From an uncultured virus (IMG/VR IMGVR_UViG_3300025168_000060) (lineage: Duplodnaviria; Heunggongvirae; Uroviricota; Caudoviricetes): 64,000 nt of DNA. The notes below the pieces were generated by a model. The model was given only the letters and a program-made list of their open reading frames with translations, ran no database searches and was not told the origin of the DNA. The stretch is from IMG/VR virus record IMGVR_UViG_3300025168_000060; one strand, given 5' to 3'. The stretch's first letter is position 1. Each line of letters starts with the position of its first letter. Shown here in pieces: positions 20,001 through 30,700 of this stretch. The translations under genes and the position numbers were made by a program.

Positions 20001-20085
20001 TAAGATTAAGATTGTTATGAAAGGAACTAACCCCGCATATCCACCAAGAATAACAGATATGAGAGGGATAGCATTGGCAATTTAA
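14065..20085 (+). CDS. Large virion structural protein (DUF4815/VrlC-like), 2006 aa
   Basis: FNVSPYYDDF, VLFRPAYAVQARELTQLQTILQNQ, RRYTMKDIGKLEQR, DPLAQTF. Confidence 0.85.
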   Translation: MATNFNVSPYYDDFSEGNNFHRVLFRPAYAVQARELTQLQTILQNQVARFGEHIFKDGSMVIPGSVTYNSKYDYVKLASHTTSTVSNMVGLTVTGSSSGVTAEVVNSSEASTTAAATIYVVYTASGTDTTTKTFTEGETLTFTYNSISSSSVVGTSGTSLPTDSNAIGQGSSVNVQDGVYFINGFFVKNTEQTLILDPYTNTPNYRVGFTITESFQTPENDSSLTDNATGSSNINAAGAHRYKIVLTLSKKLTTDTDDTDFVELVRTKSGNLEKIVKRTEYGVLEETLARRTADESGDYVIKAFDLDVREHQNDGSNRGIFSADSEGLFDGLSTENSEARLALGLSPGKAYVKGYEIETTSQKFLTIEKAREFDTIQNSTTRLSVGNFVEVTNVHGSPDLGTVSGETEAFKELQLFKDKVSVRGTQPATENVDVKQIGRAKAKFFEYKSGTAGALSTNITSIYKLGLFNIDMFQHLAVSTNVSYDTGETLTGATSGATGIIEEISASTSTDPDAFITEEGDALVLDSTDGASQTDAGDQIILEQSVLTTIVISNVSGRFSAGETVADESSNSGAILADLSDRKGVTEYQFAEVKSVGMAGSPTFTADAVLTVTAANEEDESNVTLSGAINVVAGSTVVNGNNTKFTSELKIGDNIVFEDDSGTQYSRFVSSITTNTLMEVSAQVPTITTSASTQRRRTKLQDTADTSLVYKLPEAVIKTLKTTTNAGITDTSHKVRRQFVDTLSSSGVATFSAGANETFDAHTEGDFTLSIMTAGASDGAVGDIISLSGNNHEGAAIFTLTGSPSGRQLQVDLGANFATAKVKLIATITRGVAGEKTKSLQTGITTTVSTEALATEKTISLGKADIFALTSVFMAPDFSTAATTSHTDITDRFTLDTGQRDSYYDIGRIVRKDNTQNPTGRLLITFSHFNHGTGDYFSVDSYSGVVDYEDIPSFDSPTKGKLELRDCLDFRPRVSDSSNVVGFGGVDSIGAKDYINAGASTVDIPKPNSDTTLDFEFHLSRIDGIFMTKEGLFKQAKGTPAIDPQRPEAIDDAMSLYYIKLPPFTFNTSDVQIVTMDNRRYTMKDIGKLEQRLKNVEYYTQLSLLEQTAINTQVQDATTGLDRFKNGIIVDSFKGHNIGDVLSGEYRCSVDMSEGELRPEFNADNVKLIELAATDTDAERTTAGYQKTGDLITLPYSHAEMAKNPYASKSVNCNPFLVFQYKGDIALTPDVDEWYDTTRRPDLVINDNNLFDTMSNLAGGGNSLGTVWNNWQTNWSGTWSQSSGAQQGNISVGASVSGTVTTRTRTGITREIAGSNVQRQSFGDRIVDIAFIPFIRTQDVAFSGTRLKPNTKVFPFFDNVLVTSHVTPTSGVKGGNLVTDANGSVSGTFTIPSSDTERFRTGDRVFRLTSSSTNTTINDDVDTFADATYTARGLQTTMEETIQSTRVPIIRANTVSESDTRRTVDNISAGISIEQPEDNRDPLAQTFMVQDLEGIFLTKVDLFFEEKDSTVPIKVYLVETIESRPGRRIIPFSEVTVPAADVNVSSTAATATTVTFSSPVYLQGGKEYAIILKPDSQKYKAWVSRLGDTDVTTSTRRITTQPLFGSLFRSQNATLWSEDQMEDMKLTLYKATFTTGTTGTLSLTNDALPVRTLNNNPIETNATAGSGTTFGGNPAIVKINHFAHSMNSSKPSKVTIAGLSGSTDFNGILGSAINGTHDVGNVTEDSYTITITGDAATSTGSVGGSSVTATEDRAFESIMPKIGMQNFPDTVSEHTIKTTSTKSIDGTETPYSTSADFTKIVPNDNFYFSTARAVLSGVNETNHLSGTKSLFYNITLNSVNANLSPVIDMARTNMYAIHNRLDSPTASNRTGFVAETDKSGGSVASKYITREIALETPATALDIRMAASVFPTSDIEVFRKVKGADDDREMKDIPYVQITQANTAISSEGRSQSPYNENFKTDFFDYEFSEEGIKEFQSFKIKIVMKGTNPAYPPRITDMRGIALAI

Positions 20086-20309
20086 TGTATAAAGAATGGC
20101 GAAAGGTTGAGGGACATACAAGTCTCGTAAGAGAAAGTTCTTCAAGTGCTGTTATCAATACAGACAAAACCGCATATAAAAATTTTATGCAAAGAGTAAA
20201 GGAAGCAAAACAAAGTAATGATGATTTAAGAGGTGCAATAAGAGACATAAATAATATTAAGTCAGAAATGCACGAAATTAAATCTTTATTAAAGAAATTG
20301 GTAGAATAA
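20085..20309 (+). CDS. Conserved small coiled-coil protein
   Basis: KVEGHTSLVRESSSSAVINTD...EIKSLLKKL; TAATG coupling. Confidence 0.75.
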   Translation: MYKEWRKVEGHTSLVRESSSSAVINTDKTAYKNFMQRVKEAKQSNDDLRGAIRDINNIKSEMHEIKSLLKKLVE

Positions 20310-20310
20310 T

Positions 20311-22236
20311 ATGGCAGCAAGAAGTGTAGCAGCAACAGATACGTTAGAGACGTTTAGAACGACCTTTAATACTTTATCCGCCACGGATATTGGTGACTTA
20401 GATACGTTAAGTTCCTCTATTAGTGCGACAAGTATTGTTGGTGCGTTAAATGAAATAGAAGCTGAAGTAACCTCGTTTGGTGTTCACACTATTGAAAACG
20501 CAACAGATTTAGGTGGAGCACCGGCAACAGGTGATAGTTTTATTATTAAAGATACATCTGCTAGTGCTGTAAGAGAAATGACTGTAGCCAACTTATTTAC
20601 AAGTCCTACAATTACACAAATCAATTCAGGTTCTACCATAACTTTAGACGCTACAACTGATATCGTTTTAGACGCTGATGGCGGAGACATTTTTTTAAAA
20701 GATGCTGGTACTACTTTTGGTAGTTTAACAAACACATCTGGTAATCTTATTATTAAATCAGGTACAACAACTGCTATGACTTTTAGTGGTGCAAATGTAA
20801 CCATTGCAGGAAACTTAACTGTATCTGGTAGTACAACTACCGTTGATTCCTCAACTGTAAGTATTACTACTGGTTTTGTATTTGAAGGTGCAACAGCAGA
20901 CAGTTTTGAAACAACTTTAACAACGACAGACCCAACAGCAGATAGAACAATTACTCTACCTGACTTAACTGGTACTGTTTCATTAATCACAGCAACTGAA
21001 ACACTTACAAATAAAACATTAACAAGTCCAACAATCAATAGTCCAACTATTGCAACACCAATATTTACAGGTGCAGGTGATGTAAGAGGGTCATTTGTTT
21101 TTGAAGGTGCAACAGCAGATAGTTTTGAGACAACTGTAACTGTTGTGGATCCTACGGCAGATAGAACAATATCATTGCCTAACGCAACAGACACATTGGT
21201 AGGTAAAGCAACTACAGACACATTGACAAACAAGACTTTAACAAGTCCTGCTATCAATAGTCCTACAATTATTTACGAAGGTTCAACAGCAGATAGTTTT
21301 GAAACAACTATAGGTGTTATAGACCCAACTGCTGATAGAACAATTAACTTTGCTAATATAGGTGGTACTTTACAACCATTCGCAACTGCTTCAACTACGG
21401 CGATTTCAACTACTGTTGCAGAATTAAATTTAATAGATGGTGGTACTGCTCGTGGTACAACAGCAGTAGCAACTGGTGATGGTATCTTAATCAATGACGG
21501 TGGTACAATGAGAATGACCAATGTTGATACTGTATCAACTTACTTCTCATCACACAATGTTGGTGGTGGTAACATAGTTACAACTGGTGCTTTAAATGCA
21601 GGTTCAATCACTTCAGGTTTTGGTAACATCAACAATGGTGCTAGTACAATAACAACAACTGGTGCCGTAGGTACTGGTGTTATAACATTAGGCGCTGGTG
21701 GTGCTACAACCGCAGGTAGTATTAAATTTTTAGAAGGTACTGATAATGGTACAAACGCTGTAACATTAATTGGTCCAGTATCAACAGGTGATATTACAAT
21801 TACACTACCAGTTCAAGCAGGTACAGTAGTAGTTTCTAATACAACTGATGGTAATGATGTACAGTTAGACAGTTTAGGTCTTAATACTGCCGCTTCAGGT
21901 ACTGCTGGTGAGTTAAGAGCGACAAATGATATTACTGCCTTCTATAGTTCAGATATTTCTTTGAAAGAAAACATTGTAGAAATACCTAGTGCATTAGATA
22001 TGGTAGATAAATTACGAGGTGTTTACTTTGATTGGAAAGATGACTATATAGAGAGTAAAGGTGGCGAAGACGCTTACTTTATGAGAAAGAAAGATGTTGG
22101 TCTTATTGCACAGGAAGTAGAAGCAGTATTACCAGAAGTTGTTGGTACTCGTAAAGATGGTATCAAGGCGATAAAATATGATAGACTTGTTCCTTTATTG
22201 TTACAGGCTATCAAAGAATTAAAAGAAAAAATATAA
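20311..22236 (+). CDS. Tail fibre protein with C-terminal intramolecular chaperone (peptidase S74)
   Basis: T/G/S-rich modules; AFYSSDISLKENI, GVYFDW, VGLIAQEVEAVLPEVV, YDRLVPLLLQAIKEL. Confidence 0.85.
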   Translation: MAARSVAATDTLETFRTTFNTLSATDIGDLDTLSSSISATSIVGALNEIEAEVTSFGVHTIENATDLGGAPATGDSFIIKDTSASAVREMTVANLFTSPTITQINSGSTITLDATTDIVLDADGGDIFLKDAGTTFGSLTNTSGNLIIKSGTTTAMTFSGANVTIAGNLTVSGSTTTVDSSTVSITTGFVFEGATADSFETTLTTTDPTADRTITLPDLTGTVSLITATETLTNKTLTSPTINSPTIATPIFTGAGDVRGSFVFEGATADSFETTVTVVDPTADRTISLPNATDTLVGKATTDTLTNKTLTSPAINSPTIIYEGSTADSFETTIGVIDPTADRTINFANIGGTLQPFATASTTAISTTVAELNLIDGGTARGTTAVATGDGILINDGGTMRMTNVDTVSTYFSSHNVGGGNIVTTGALNAGSITSGFGNINNGASTITTTGAVGTGVITLGAGGATTAGSIKFLEGTDNGTNAVTLIGPVSTGDITITLPVQAGTVVVSNTTDGNDVQLDSLGLNTAASGTAGELRATNDITAFYSSDISLKENIVEIPSALDMVDKLRGVYFDWKDDYIESKGGEDAYFMRKKDVGLIAQEVEAVLPEVVGTRKDGIKAIKYDRLVPLLLQAIKELKEKI

Positions 22237-22251
22237 TAAAAGGAGTAAATT

Positions 22252-22491
22252 ATGGCTGAGAAAGCAAAAGAAGAAGTGAAAAATATTGACTTAGATATGG
22301 ATAAACTTACCCTAAGAGGTAAAATACACGCTGAGCAATACAATGCTATGAAGGCGGCAAAGTTAAATCATCAAGTTGAGATTGAAAAAATTGATGTGTT
22401 GATGAGTTACTATACAAAGACAATACAAGACGAAGCCAAAAAGTGGGCTGAAGAAAATCCAGAAACACCAGAAGACAAAGAAGATAAGTAA
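22252..22491 (+). CDS. Hypothetical protein
   Basis: AAGGAG RBS; charged helical 79 aa. Confidence 0.7.
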   Translation: MAEKAKEEVKNIDLDMDKLTLRGKIHAEQYNAMKAAKLNHQVEIEKIDVLMSYYTKTIQDEAKKWAEENPETPEDKEDK

Positions 22492-22499
22492 ACTTTCCT

Positions 22500-22507
22500 T
22501 ATAAATA
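22500..22507 (+). promoter_or_regulatory. Late promoter
   Basis: TATAAATA. Confidence 0.7.
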
Positions 22508-22526
22508 GTGTAATAGGAGAGATTAC

Positions 22527-22865
22527 ATGGCAGCATTAGCGAATTTACTTATTGACCAAGGTGCAAGTTTTTCAAGTACAATCACGGTTTTTAATTCTGA
22601 TGATACAGTATTTGACTTAACAGGTTTCACTGGTGCTTCACAGGTACGTAAATCTTATTCTTCAAGTTCAGCGTCAGCAACTTTTACAGTTTCTTTCGCT
22701 TCAGACAGGTCAACAGGTCAGGTAACACTTTCACTAACACCAACACAAACGGCGGCGTTAGAAGAAGGTCGTTATGTATATGACGTAGAAGTGACCAGTT
22801 CAGACAGTACAGTAACAAGAGTGTTGCAAGGTACAGTAACGGTGAGTCCAAATGCGACAAGATAA
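22527..22865 (+). CDS. Small virion beta-sandwich protein (fibre adaptor-like)
   Basis: NLLIDQGASF, DLTGFT, QVRKSY, GRYVYDVEV, RVLQGTVTVSP. Confidence 0.75.
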   Translation: MAALANLLIDQGASFSSTITVFNSDDTVFDLTGFTGASQVRKSYSSSSASATFTVSFASDRSTGQVTLSLTPTQTAALEEGRYVYDVEVTSSDSTVTRVLQGTVTVSPNATR

Positions 22866-22892
22866 TATATTATGGTATAATTTAAGGGAATT

Positions 22893-25694
22893 ATGGCCAT
22901 TAAAGCAAAGATAACATCTACTAATAGTGCAGGTCCTCAAAAAGTATCAGTTACTTTACCAGCTTCAGGTGGTTCAGTCACCTCAGTAGGTTCTACAAAT
23001 GATTTAACAGACGTACAAAAGACCGTCACACTTACAGGTTCATTTTTACAAATCAATGCTGATGGTGGTGCGTTTATATCCCAAGTACCAAAAACAGACT
23101 TTACGGCTTCAAGTGCAACCAGTATACATGGTGGTGCAGCGATACAAACAGAAATACAAACTGGTACAGCCACACTTTCAAACAAGACTTTAACAGCACC
23201 AGTTATAACTGGTAATCTTACGGCAACAGGTGCAACGTTACAAGGTGCGACACCATTACAGTTTGATGGTAGTACATCAGGTGGTAGTGTTACAAAATTT
23301 ACCATTACAAATCCTACAACAGATAGAACAATAACATTCCCTGACGCTACAGGGTCACTTATCACACACGGACAATTTAGTGGTGATGCTACAGTAGCAA
23401 CAACTGGTGCGATTACTTTCGCCACAGTTAATTCAGATACATCAGCAGTAGGTAGTTCAACAGCGATACCAGTAATTACTGCTAACGCAAAAGGACTTGT
23501 AACATCATTAACAACTGCTAGTATTACAACTTCATTAACTGTAGGTGCAGATAGTGGTAGTAATGATGCTGTTGCTCTGGCAAGTGATACATTAAACTTT
23601 GAAGGTGGTAATAATATTACAACCACAGTTTCAGATAACAATATTAAAATAGATGTTTCAAGTAGTCCAGCAGTAACAAGTTTAACTTTTGAAGGTGCAA
23701 CAGCAGACAGTTTTGAAACAACTCTGGCAGTAACAGACCCAACGGCAGATAGAACAGTTACTTTACCCAATGCAACCGGTACTGTAGTTTTATTAGATAC
23801 ATCAGACACATTAACAAATAAACAATTAACAAGTCCTGTTATTGCAGAAATAGTAGGTACAGGTGGTATATTATTAAATGCAGTACAAGACATTACATTA
23901 GACGCCGGTGGTGCAGACATAGTTTTAAAAGATGATGGTACTGAGTTTGGTAGATTTACGAATACATCAGGCGAATTAGTTATTAAATCAAGTAGTAGTG
24001 CAACAGCGGCATTAACATTATCAGGTGCAAACGTTACAGCAGAGGGTAATTTAACTGTAGATGGTAACTTAACTGTAAGTGGTTCAACAACTACGGTGGA
24101 TTCATCCACTATCAACATTCAAAACGCTTTTGTTTTTGAAGGTGGTACAGCAGACAGTTTTGAAACAACATTAACAACAGTTGACCCTACGGCAGATAGA
24201 ACGATATCTTTACCAAATGCAACTGACACCTTAGTAGGTAAAGCAACAACTGATACATTAACAAACAAGACGTTAACAACACCTGTAATTGCTGAGATAG
24301 ATTCCAATAGTAGTATAACATTAGACGCTGCTACAGACATTATATTAGACGCAGGCGAACAAGATATCATTCTTAAAGATGATGGTACTGAGTTTGGTAG
24401 ATTTACAAACAGTTCAGGTCAATTAGCAATTAAATCAAGTAGTAGTGCAACAACGGCTATTACCATGTCAGGTGCAAATGTTACCATTGCAGGTAACTTA
24501 ACTGTAACTGGTAATACTGAGGGTGATGGTAACATTACAATTGGTGATACAGCGGCAGACACAATTACATTTGGTGGTACAATTCAAGGTAGTTTATTGT
24601 TTGAAGGTTCTACAGCAGACAGTTTTGAAACAACGTTAACACCAGGCAACCCTAGTGCTGATATCACATTGACTATGCCATCAAGTGGTAGTGATACCCT
24701 AGTTGGTAAAGCAACAACTGATACATTCACAAACAAATCAATTGATTTAGGTACAAATACTTTAACAGGTTCTTTAGCAGAATTTAATGCTGCTTTACAA
24801 AGTGAGAGTTTTGTTTCTTTGACTGGTAGTGAAACACTTACAAATAAAACATTGACATCACCTACAATTGCAACACCATCAATCACAGGTAATGCAAGTA
24901 TAACTGGTAGTATTATTTTTGAAGGTAGCACAGCAGACAGTTTTGAAACAACGTTACAAGTTACAGACCCAACGGCAGATAGAACACTCACTCTACCTAA
25001 TGCTACAGATACATTAGTTGGTAAAGCAACAACAGATACCTTAACAAACAAAACATTGACGAGTCCACTTGTTTCTGGTCTCTCACTTACAGATAGTAGT
25101 ATTGTCTTTGAAGGTTCAAGTGCAAACAGTTTTGAAACAACTTTAACAGTTACAAATCCTACAGCAGATAGAACAATCACACTACAAGATGGTACTGGTA
25201 CTCTGGCATTCTTAACTGATGTAACAGGTGGTGGGGCAGCAGGTTCATTTACTACACTTACAACTACTGGTAATGTTATTTTAGGAAACGCAACCTCAGA
25301 CACAGTAACATTTAATGCAAGAGTAGCTTCATCTATATTACCTAGTGCAAACGAAACATTTGACTTAGGTTCTGCTTCACTTAGATGGAATGATTTATTT
25401 CTTGCAGGTTCTACAATTAATCTTGGTGGTGCAAGTATATCATCTGACGGTACTGTTATTACAGTACCAACTTCTAGTAAGTTTGCAAATGGTTCATTAA
25501 TACCACAAGCGGACTCTACAACAGGACTTGTTACAAGAGATGTACAACTATTCACAAAGGCAGGAGGATTAAGCACGGCTGCCAAAACATTTAAGATGAA
25601 AGCTGGTGGCGCTTCAGATATTGTGTTTGTTGATTTTACCAGGACAAATGGTTCTAACATAACGGCACAGGAAAGGGCATTTTTCTCATTTTAA
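22893..25694 (+). CDS. Modular fibre protein (933 aa)
   Basis: About six FEG.TADSFETT/DPTADRT modules; C-terminal FDLGSASLRWNDLFLAGSTINLG. Confidence 0.8.
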   Translation: MAIKAKITSTNSAGPQKVSVTLPASGGSVTSVGSTNDLTDVQKTVTLTGSFLQINADGGAFISQVPKTDFTASSATSIHGGAAIQTEIQTGTATLSNKTLTAPVITGNLTATGATLQGATPLQFDGSTSGGSVTKFTITNPTTDRTITFPDATGSLITHGQFSGDATVATTGAITFATVNSDTSAVGSSTAIPVITANAKGLVTSLTTASITTSLTVGADSGSNDAVALASDTLNFEGGNNITTTVSDNNIKIDVSSSPAVTSLTFEGATADSFETTLAVTDPTADRTVTLPNATGTVVLLDTSDTLTNKQLTSPVIAEIVGTGGILLNAVQDITLDAGGADIVLKDDGTEFGRFTNTSGELVIKSSSSATAALTLSGANVTAEGNLTVDGNLTVSGSTTTVDSSTINIQNAFVFEGGTADSFETTLTTVDPTADRTISLPNATDTLVGKATTDTLTNKTLTTPVIAEIDSNSSITLDAATDIILDAGEQDIILKDDGTEFGRFTNSSGQLAIKSSSSATTAITMSGANVTIAGNLTVTGNTEGDGNITIGDTAADTITFGGTIQGSLLFEGSTADSFETTLTPGNPSADITLTMPSSGSDTLVGKATTDTFTNKSIDLGTNTLTGSLAEFNAALQSESFVSLTGSETLTNKTLTSPTIATPSITGNASITGSIIFEGSTADSFETTLQVTDPTADRTLTLPNATDTLVGKATTDTLTNKTLTSPLVSGLSLTDSSIVFEGSSANSFETTLTVTNPTADRTITLQDGTGTLAFLTDVTGGGAAGSFTTLTTTGNVILGNATSDTVTFNARVASSILPSANETFDLGSASLRWNDLFLAGSTINLGGASISSDGTVITVPTSSKFANGSLIPQADSTTGLVTRDVQLFTKAGGLSTAAKTFKMKAGGASDIVFVDFTRTNGSNITAQERAFFSF

Positions 25695-25705
25695 GGATAA
25701 AAAAG

Positions 25706-25713
25706 GATAAATA
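25706..25713 (+). promoter_or_regulatory. Late promoter variant 5 nt before ATG
   Basis: GATAAATA-GTAAC-ATG. Confidence 0.65.
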
Positions 25714-25718
25714 GTAAC

Positions 25719-27731
25719 ATGGCAGATAAAGTACCAATAAGGACGGTCTTTGATGGTAGCGGAAACGCTACTGGATTAGCAGAGTATCAATCAGGCGAGA
25801 GTGTAGGTTTTATACACGGTGGTACTGGTTTAACCACTATAGGAACGTCAGGACAGATACTAAGAGTAAATGGTAGTGCGAATGGCTTAGAATATACATC
25901 TACGATACTCACACCAGACGGAACAATCACATTAGACAGTTCTGGTGACATTATACTAGACGCTGATGGTGCAGACATCATCTTAAAAGACGCTGGTACA
26001 GAATTTGGTAGATTTACGAACTCATCTGGTCAACTTGTTATAAAGTCAAGTTCATCAACAACTACAGCAATCACAATGAGTGGTGCCAATGTTACAATTG
26101 CAGGTAACTTAACGGTAACTGGTAATACTGAGGGTGATGGCAATATCACAATTGGTGACGCTGCCACAGATACAGTTGCTTTTGGTGGTACAATTACAAG
26201 TAATCTAGTATTTGAAGGTTCTACTGGAGATAGTTTTGAAACAACTTTAGCACCAGGTAATCCTAGTGCTGATATTACATTGACATTACCAGCAACAGCG
26301 ACAGATACATTAGCAGGTATTGCTTCAACACAAACTTTATCTAACAAAACATTAACAACTCCTATCATTACGGAGATTGATTCAGGTTCATCAATTACAT
26401 TAGACGCTACAACAGACATAGTATTAGATGCTGGTGGTGCTGATGTTACATTGAAAGATGATGGTACTACTTTTGGTAGTTTATCACAATCTGGTGGCGA
26501 ATTAGTCATCAAGTCAGGTTCATCATCTACAACGGCCATAACAATGGCAGGTGCAAACGTTACCATTGCAGGTAACTTAACTGTATCTGGTACAACGACA
26601 ACTGTGGATTCATCTACAGTTAATATTACAACAGGTTTTGTCTTTGAGGGTGCAACAAGTGATAGTTTTGAAACAACTCTAACGGCTTCAGACCCAACGG
26701 CAGATAGAACATTAACTTTACCAGATGTAACTGGTACTTTAATTTCTACAGGCAATCTATCACAAATTACAAGTGTTGGTGTCCTTACAGGTGCAAATCC
26801 ACTTGTATTTGAAGGTAGTACAGCAGACGCACACGAAACTACTTTAGCAGTAGGTAATCCAGGTAGTGACATTACATTGACGTTACCTAGTTCAGCAAGT
26901 GATACACTTGTTGGCCGTGCAACAACAGACACATTAACAAATAAAACAATAACAAGTCCAACAGTTTCAGGCTTGACATTATCAGATAGTAGTATAGTAT
27001 ATGAAGGTAGTACAGCTGATAGTTTTGAAACAACACTTACAGTAACAGACCCAACAGCAGATAGAACAATCACGTTGCCAAATGCAACTGGTACACTAAT
27101 TACTCATGGTATGTTTAGTGGTGATGCTACTGTAGCAACAAACGGTGCATTGACATTAGCAACAGTTAATTCTGATACTGGTCAAGTAGGTAGTTCAACA
27201 GCAATACCAGTAATTACAACTAACGCAAAAGGACTTGTAACAGCAGTATCATCTGCCTCAATCACCACTTCTTTAACAGTAGGTGCAGATAGTGGTAGTA
27301 ATGACGCCGTTGCCTTAGCAACTGATACATTAGACTTTTCAGGTGGTAGTAATATCACTACAACAGTTTCAAACAATGATATCTCAATCGCTTTAGACGC
27401 AAGTCCAAGCATTACTAACTTAACAGTTGGTGGTAACATTGTATTTGAAGGAAGTACAGCAGACAGTTTTGAGACTACATTAACAGTAACAGACCCAACT
27501 GCTGACAGAACATTTACTTTTCCTAATAGGTCAGGAACAGTAGCAATAACAACAGACACAGCATTTCCACAATCAACTTTAGTACAACACCCAGCATCAT
27601 CAGGAAACCATGATGCAGGATTAGTTACTCAAGCAACTACAGACGCCTTTGGCGCTGTAATAGGTGGTCTATTTGATAATATGGAACCACGTGGTTCTAC
27701 GGATACAGTAGATTTAGGAAGTGTTGCATAA
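25719..27731 (+). CDS. Modular fibre protein (670 aa)
   Basis: HGGTGLT motif plus five FEG.TADSFETT modules. Confidence 0.8.
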   Translation: MADKVPIRTVFDGSGNATGLAEYQSGESVGFIHGGTGLTTIGTSGQILRVNGSANGLEYTSTILTPDGTITLDSSGDIILDADGADIILKDAGTEFGRFTNSSGQLVIKSSSSTTTAITMSGANVTIAGNLTVTGNTEGDGNITIGDAATDTVAFGGTITSNLVFEGSTGDSFETTLAPGNPSADITLTLPATATDTLAGIASTQTLSNKTLTTPIITEIDSGSSITLDATTDIVLDAGGADVTLKDDGTTFGSLSQSGGELVIKSGSSSTTAITMAGANVTIAGNLTVSGTTTTVDSSTVNITTGFVFEGATSDSFETTLTASDPTADRTLTLPDVTGTLISTGNLSQITSVGVLTGANPLVFEGSTADAHETTLAVGNPGSDITLTLPSSASDTLVGRATTDTLTNKTITSPTVSGLTLSDSSIVYEGSTADSFETTLTVTDPTADRTITLPNATGTLITHGMFSGDATVATNGALTLATVNSDTGQVGSSTAIPVITTNAKGLVTAVSSASITTSLTVGADSGSNDAVALATDTLDFSGGSNITTTVSNNDISIALDASPSITNLTVGGNIVFEGSTADSFETTLTVTDPTADRTFTFPNRSGTVAITTDTAFPQSTLVQHPASSGNHDAGLVTQATTDAFGAVIGGLFDNMEPRGSTDTVDLGSVA

Positions 27732-27747
27732 TATAATGATTAACTTT

Positions 27748-27764
27748 GATAAATAGTATAAATA
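27748..27764 (+). promoter_or_regulatory. Tandem late promoters
   Basis: GATAAATA-G-TATAAATA. Confidence 0.7.
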
Positions 27765-27787
27765 ATAGAAGATAACAGGAGATATCA

Positions 27788-30700
27788 ATGCCAACAGCTT
27801 TACAACTAAGAAGAGGAACTACTTCGCAGAATAATTCCTTTACTGGTGTAGTTGGTGAGGTAAGTGTAGATACTGATAAAGATACTTTAAGAGTGCATGA
27901 CGGCTCAACTGCCGGTGGATTTGAGATAGTAAGTTTAACGGCTACCCAAACCCTTACAAACAAAACACTAACAAGTCCAATTATAGCAAGTGCCGCTTTT
28001 TCAGGCGCTTCATTTACATTTGAGGGTGCAACTGATGATAGTTTTGAAACTACATTAACAGCAACAGACCCTACAGCAGACAGAACAGTAACTATCCCAA
28101 ACGCTACTACTACACTAGTAGGAACAGATACTACTGACACTTTAACAAATAAGACTTTAACAAGTCCAGTAATTAGTACAATAACAGGCGGCGGAATAAC
28201 TTTAGATTCCTCAGTAGATATAGTATTAGACGCTGACGGTGCTAACGTAACACTAAAAGACGCAGGTACAACTGTACTTGACTTTGTACTAAATGGTACT
28301 ACAGATGTTACACTAGACGCACCTGGTGATTTAATATTAGATGCAGATGGCGGAGACGTTTTTGTAAAAGACGCAGGTACTACTTACGGTTCATTAACGA
28401 ACACAGGCGGTAACTTAATAATCAAATCAGGAACAACTACGGCTGCAACCTTCTCAGGTGCAAATGTAACTCTTGCAGGTACAGTAGCTTCAGGTGCAAT
28501 AACTTCATCAAGTACAGTTACTGCTACACAAGCAATATTATCAAATGCAAGTCCATTAGTATTTGAAGGTGCAACAGCAGACAGTTTTGAAACTACTATT
28601 GCAGTTACAGACCCAACAGCAGATAGAACTATTACAATACCAAATGCAACAGACACTTTGGTAGGTAAAGCAACTACTGATACACTAACAAACAAAACAT
28701 TAACAACGCCAACTATCGCTCAGATAAATTCAGGTGGCAACTTTACACTTGATGCCGCTACAGACATTATCTTAGACGCTGATGGCGGAGACGTTTTCTT
28801 AAAAGACGCTGGTACAACTTACGGTTCATTAACAAACACAGGCGGTAACTTGATTATTAAATCAGGTACTACAACAGCAATGACCATGTCAGGTGCCAAT
28901 GTAACTATCGCAGGTAACTTAACAGTTTCAGGTTCTACAACTACAGTTGATAGTTCAACAGTTAACTTACAAACAGGTTTCGTTTTTGAAGGTTCAACAG
29001 CAGATAGTTTTGAAACAACACTAGTTGCTACTGACCCAACAGCAGATAGAACAGTAACTATACCAGATTTAACTGGTACTGTATCATTAATTACGGCAAC
29101 AGAAACATTAACAAATAAAACTCTAACAACTCCTGTAATTGCAGAAATAGATAGTGGTTCAACAATCACACTTGACGCAACTACAGACATTATACTAGAC
29201 GCTGATGGTGACAATATCACATTGAAAGCGGGTGGTACAACGGCATTAGATTTTGTTTTAAATGGTGCAACTGATATTACATTAGACGCTCCAGGAGATA
29301 TTAAGATAGACGCTGATGGTGGAGATATTTTCTTCTTAGACGCAGGTACTACTTATGGTAGTGCAACTAATAACTCTGGTAACTTAATCATTAAATCAGG
29401 TACAACAACGGCTGCAACCTTTACTGGTGCAAACGTAGTTCTTGCTGGGACAGTAGGTTCAGGTGCAATTACTTCATCAAGTACAGTAACAGCAACAGGC
29501 GCAGTATTAAGTGGTTCTGTAGTATTTGAAGGAAGCACAGCAGACAGTTTTGAAACAACACTAGGTGTTATAGACCCTACAGCAGACAGAGCAGTAAATG
29601 TTGCCAACGTTGCAGGTACTCTACAACCTTTTGCAGCTGCAAGTACAGACGCAATAACTGCCACACCGGCAGAATTAAACTTAATTGACGGTGGTACTGC
29701 TAGAGGTACTACAGCAATTGCAGACGGTGATGGTGTACTAATCAATGACGGCGGTACTATGAGAATGACTACAGTTCAAACTCTTGCTGCCTACCTTGAT
29801 GACGAAATTACAGCAATGCCAAATCTTGTGTCAACAGGTGCTTTGGACTCTGGTTCAATCACATCAGGTTTTGGTACTATAAACAATGGTTCATCAACAA
29901 TCACAACTACAGGTGCTTTGAGTGCAGGTGCAATCACAGCAGGTGGTCATGTATCACTAGGACAAAATTATTCAGTTATCTTTGAAGGTTCTACAAATGA
30001 TAGTTTTGAAACAACATTAGGTGTAGTTGACCCAACTGCTGATAGAGCAATTAATCTTGCAAACGTAGCAGGTACTTTACAACCTTTTGCCGCTGCTAGT
30101 ACAGATGCAATTTCAACAACACCCGCTGAATTAAACTTAATAGATGGTGGTACTGCTAGAGGTACTACTGCTGTCGCTTCAGGTGACGGTATATTAATTA
30201 ATGATGGCGGTACTATGAGAATGACAAACGTTGATACAGTATCAACATATTTTGCAGGTCATAGTGTTGGTGGTGCTAACATAGTTACTACTGGTGCCTT
30301 AAACTCTGGTACAATTACATCAGGTTTTGGTAACATAGATAACGGTTCATCTACATTAGATACAGGTGCCTTAACGGCAACTACAATTGGCGGTACAACA
30401 GGTACATTCTCAACTGGACTAGAAACAAAAAATGCGGCTACTAGTGCTGGTTTTGTTAAGTTCTTTGAGGATAGTGATAACGGTACTAACGCAGTAACTT
30501 TAATAGGTCCTGCTTCAACAGGTGATATAACAGTTACTTTACCTACACAAGCAGGTACAGTAGTTGTATCAAATACGACAGACGGTAATGATGTTCAACT
30601 AGATAGTTTAGGACTAAACACGGCTGCGTCAGGTACTGCTGGAGAATTAAGGGCAACTAACGATATTACTGCCTTCTATTCATCTGATATTGCTCTCAAG

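Noticed and set aside
20484..29745. Long antisense ORFs (up to 393 aa) opposite the fibre and baseplate genes
   Set aside because: Shadow frames of Thr/Gly/Ala/Asp-rich codons; Val/Ser/Pro-rich translations with no RBS or promoter
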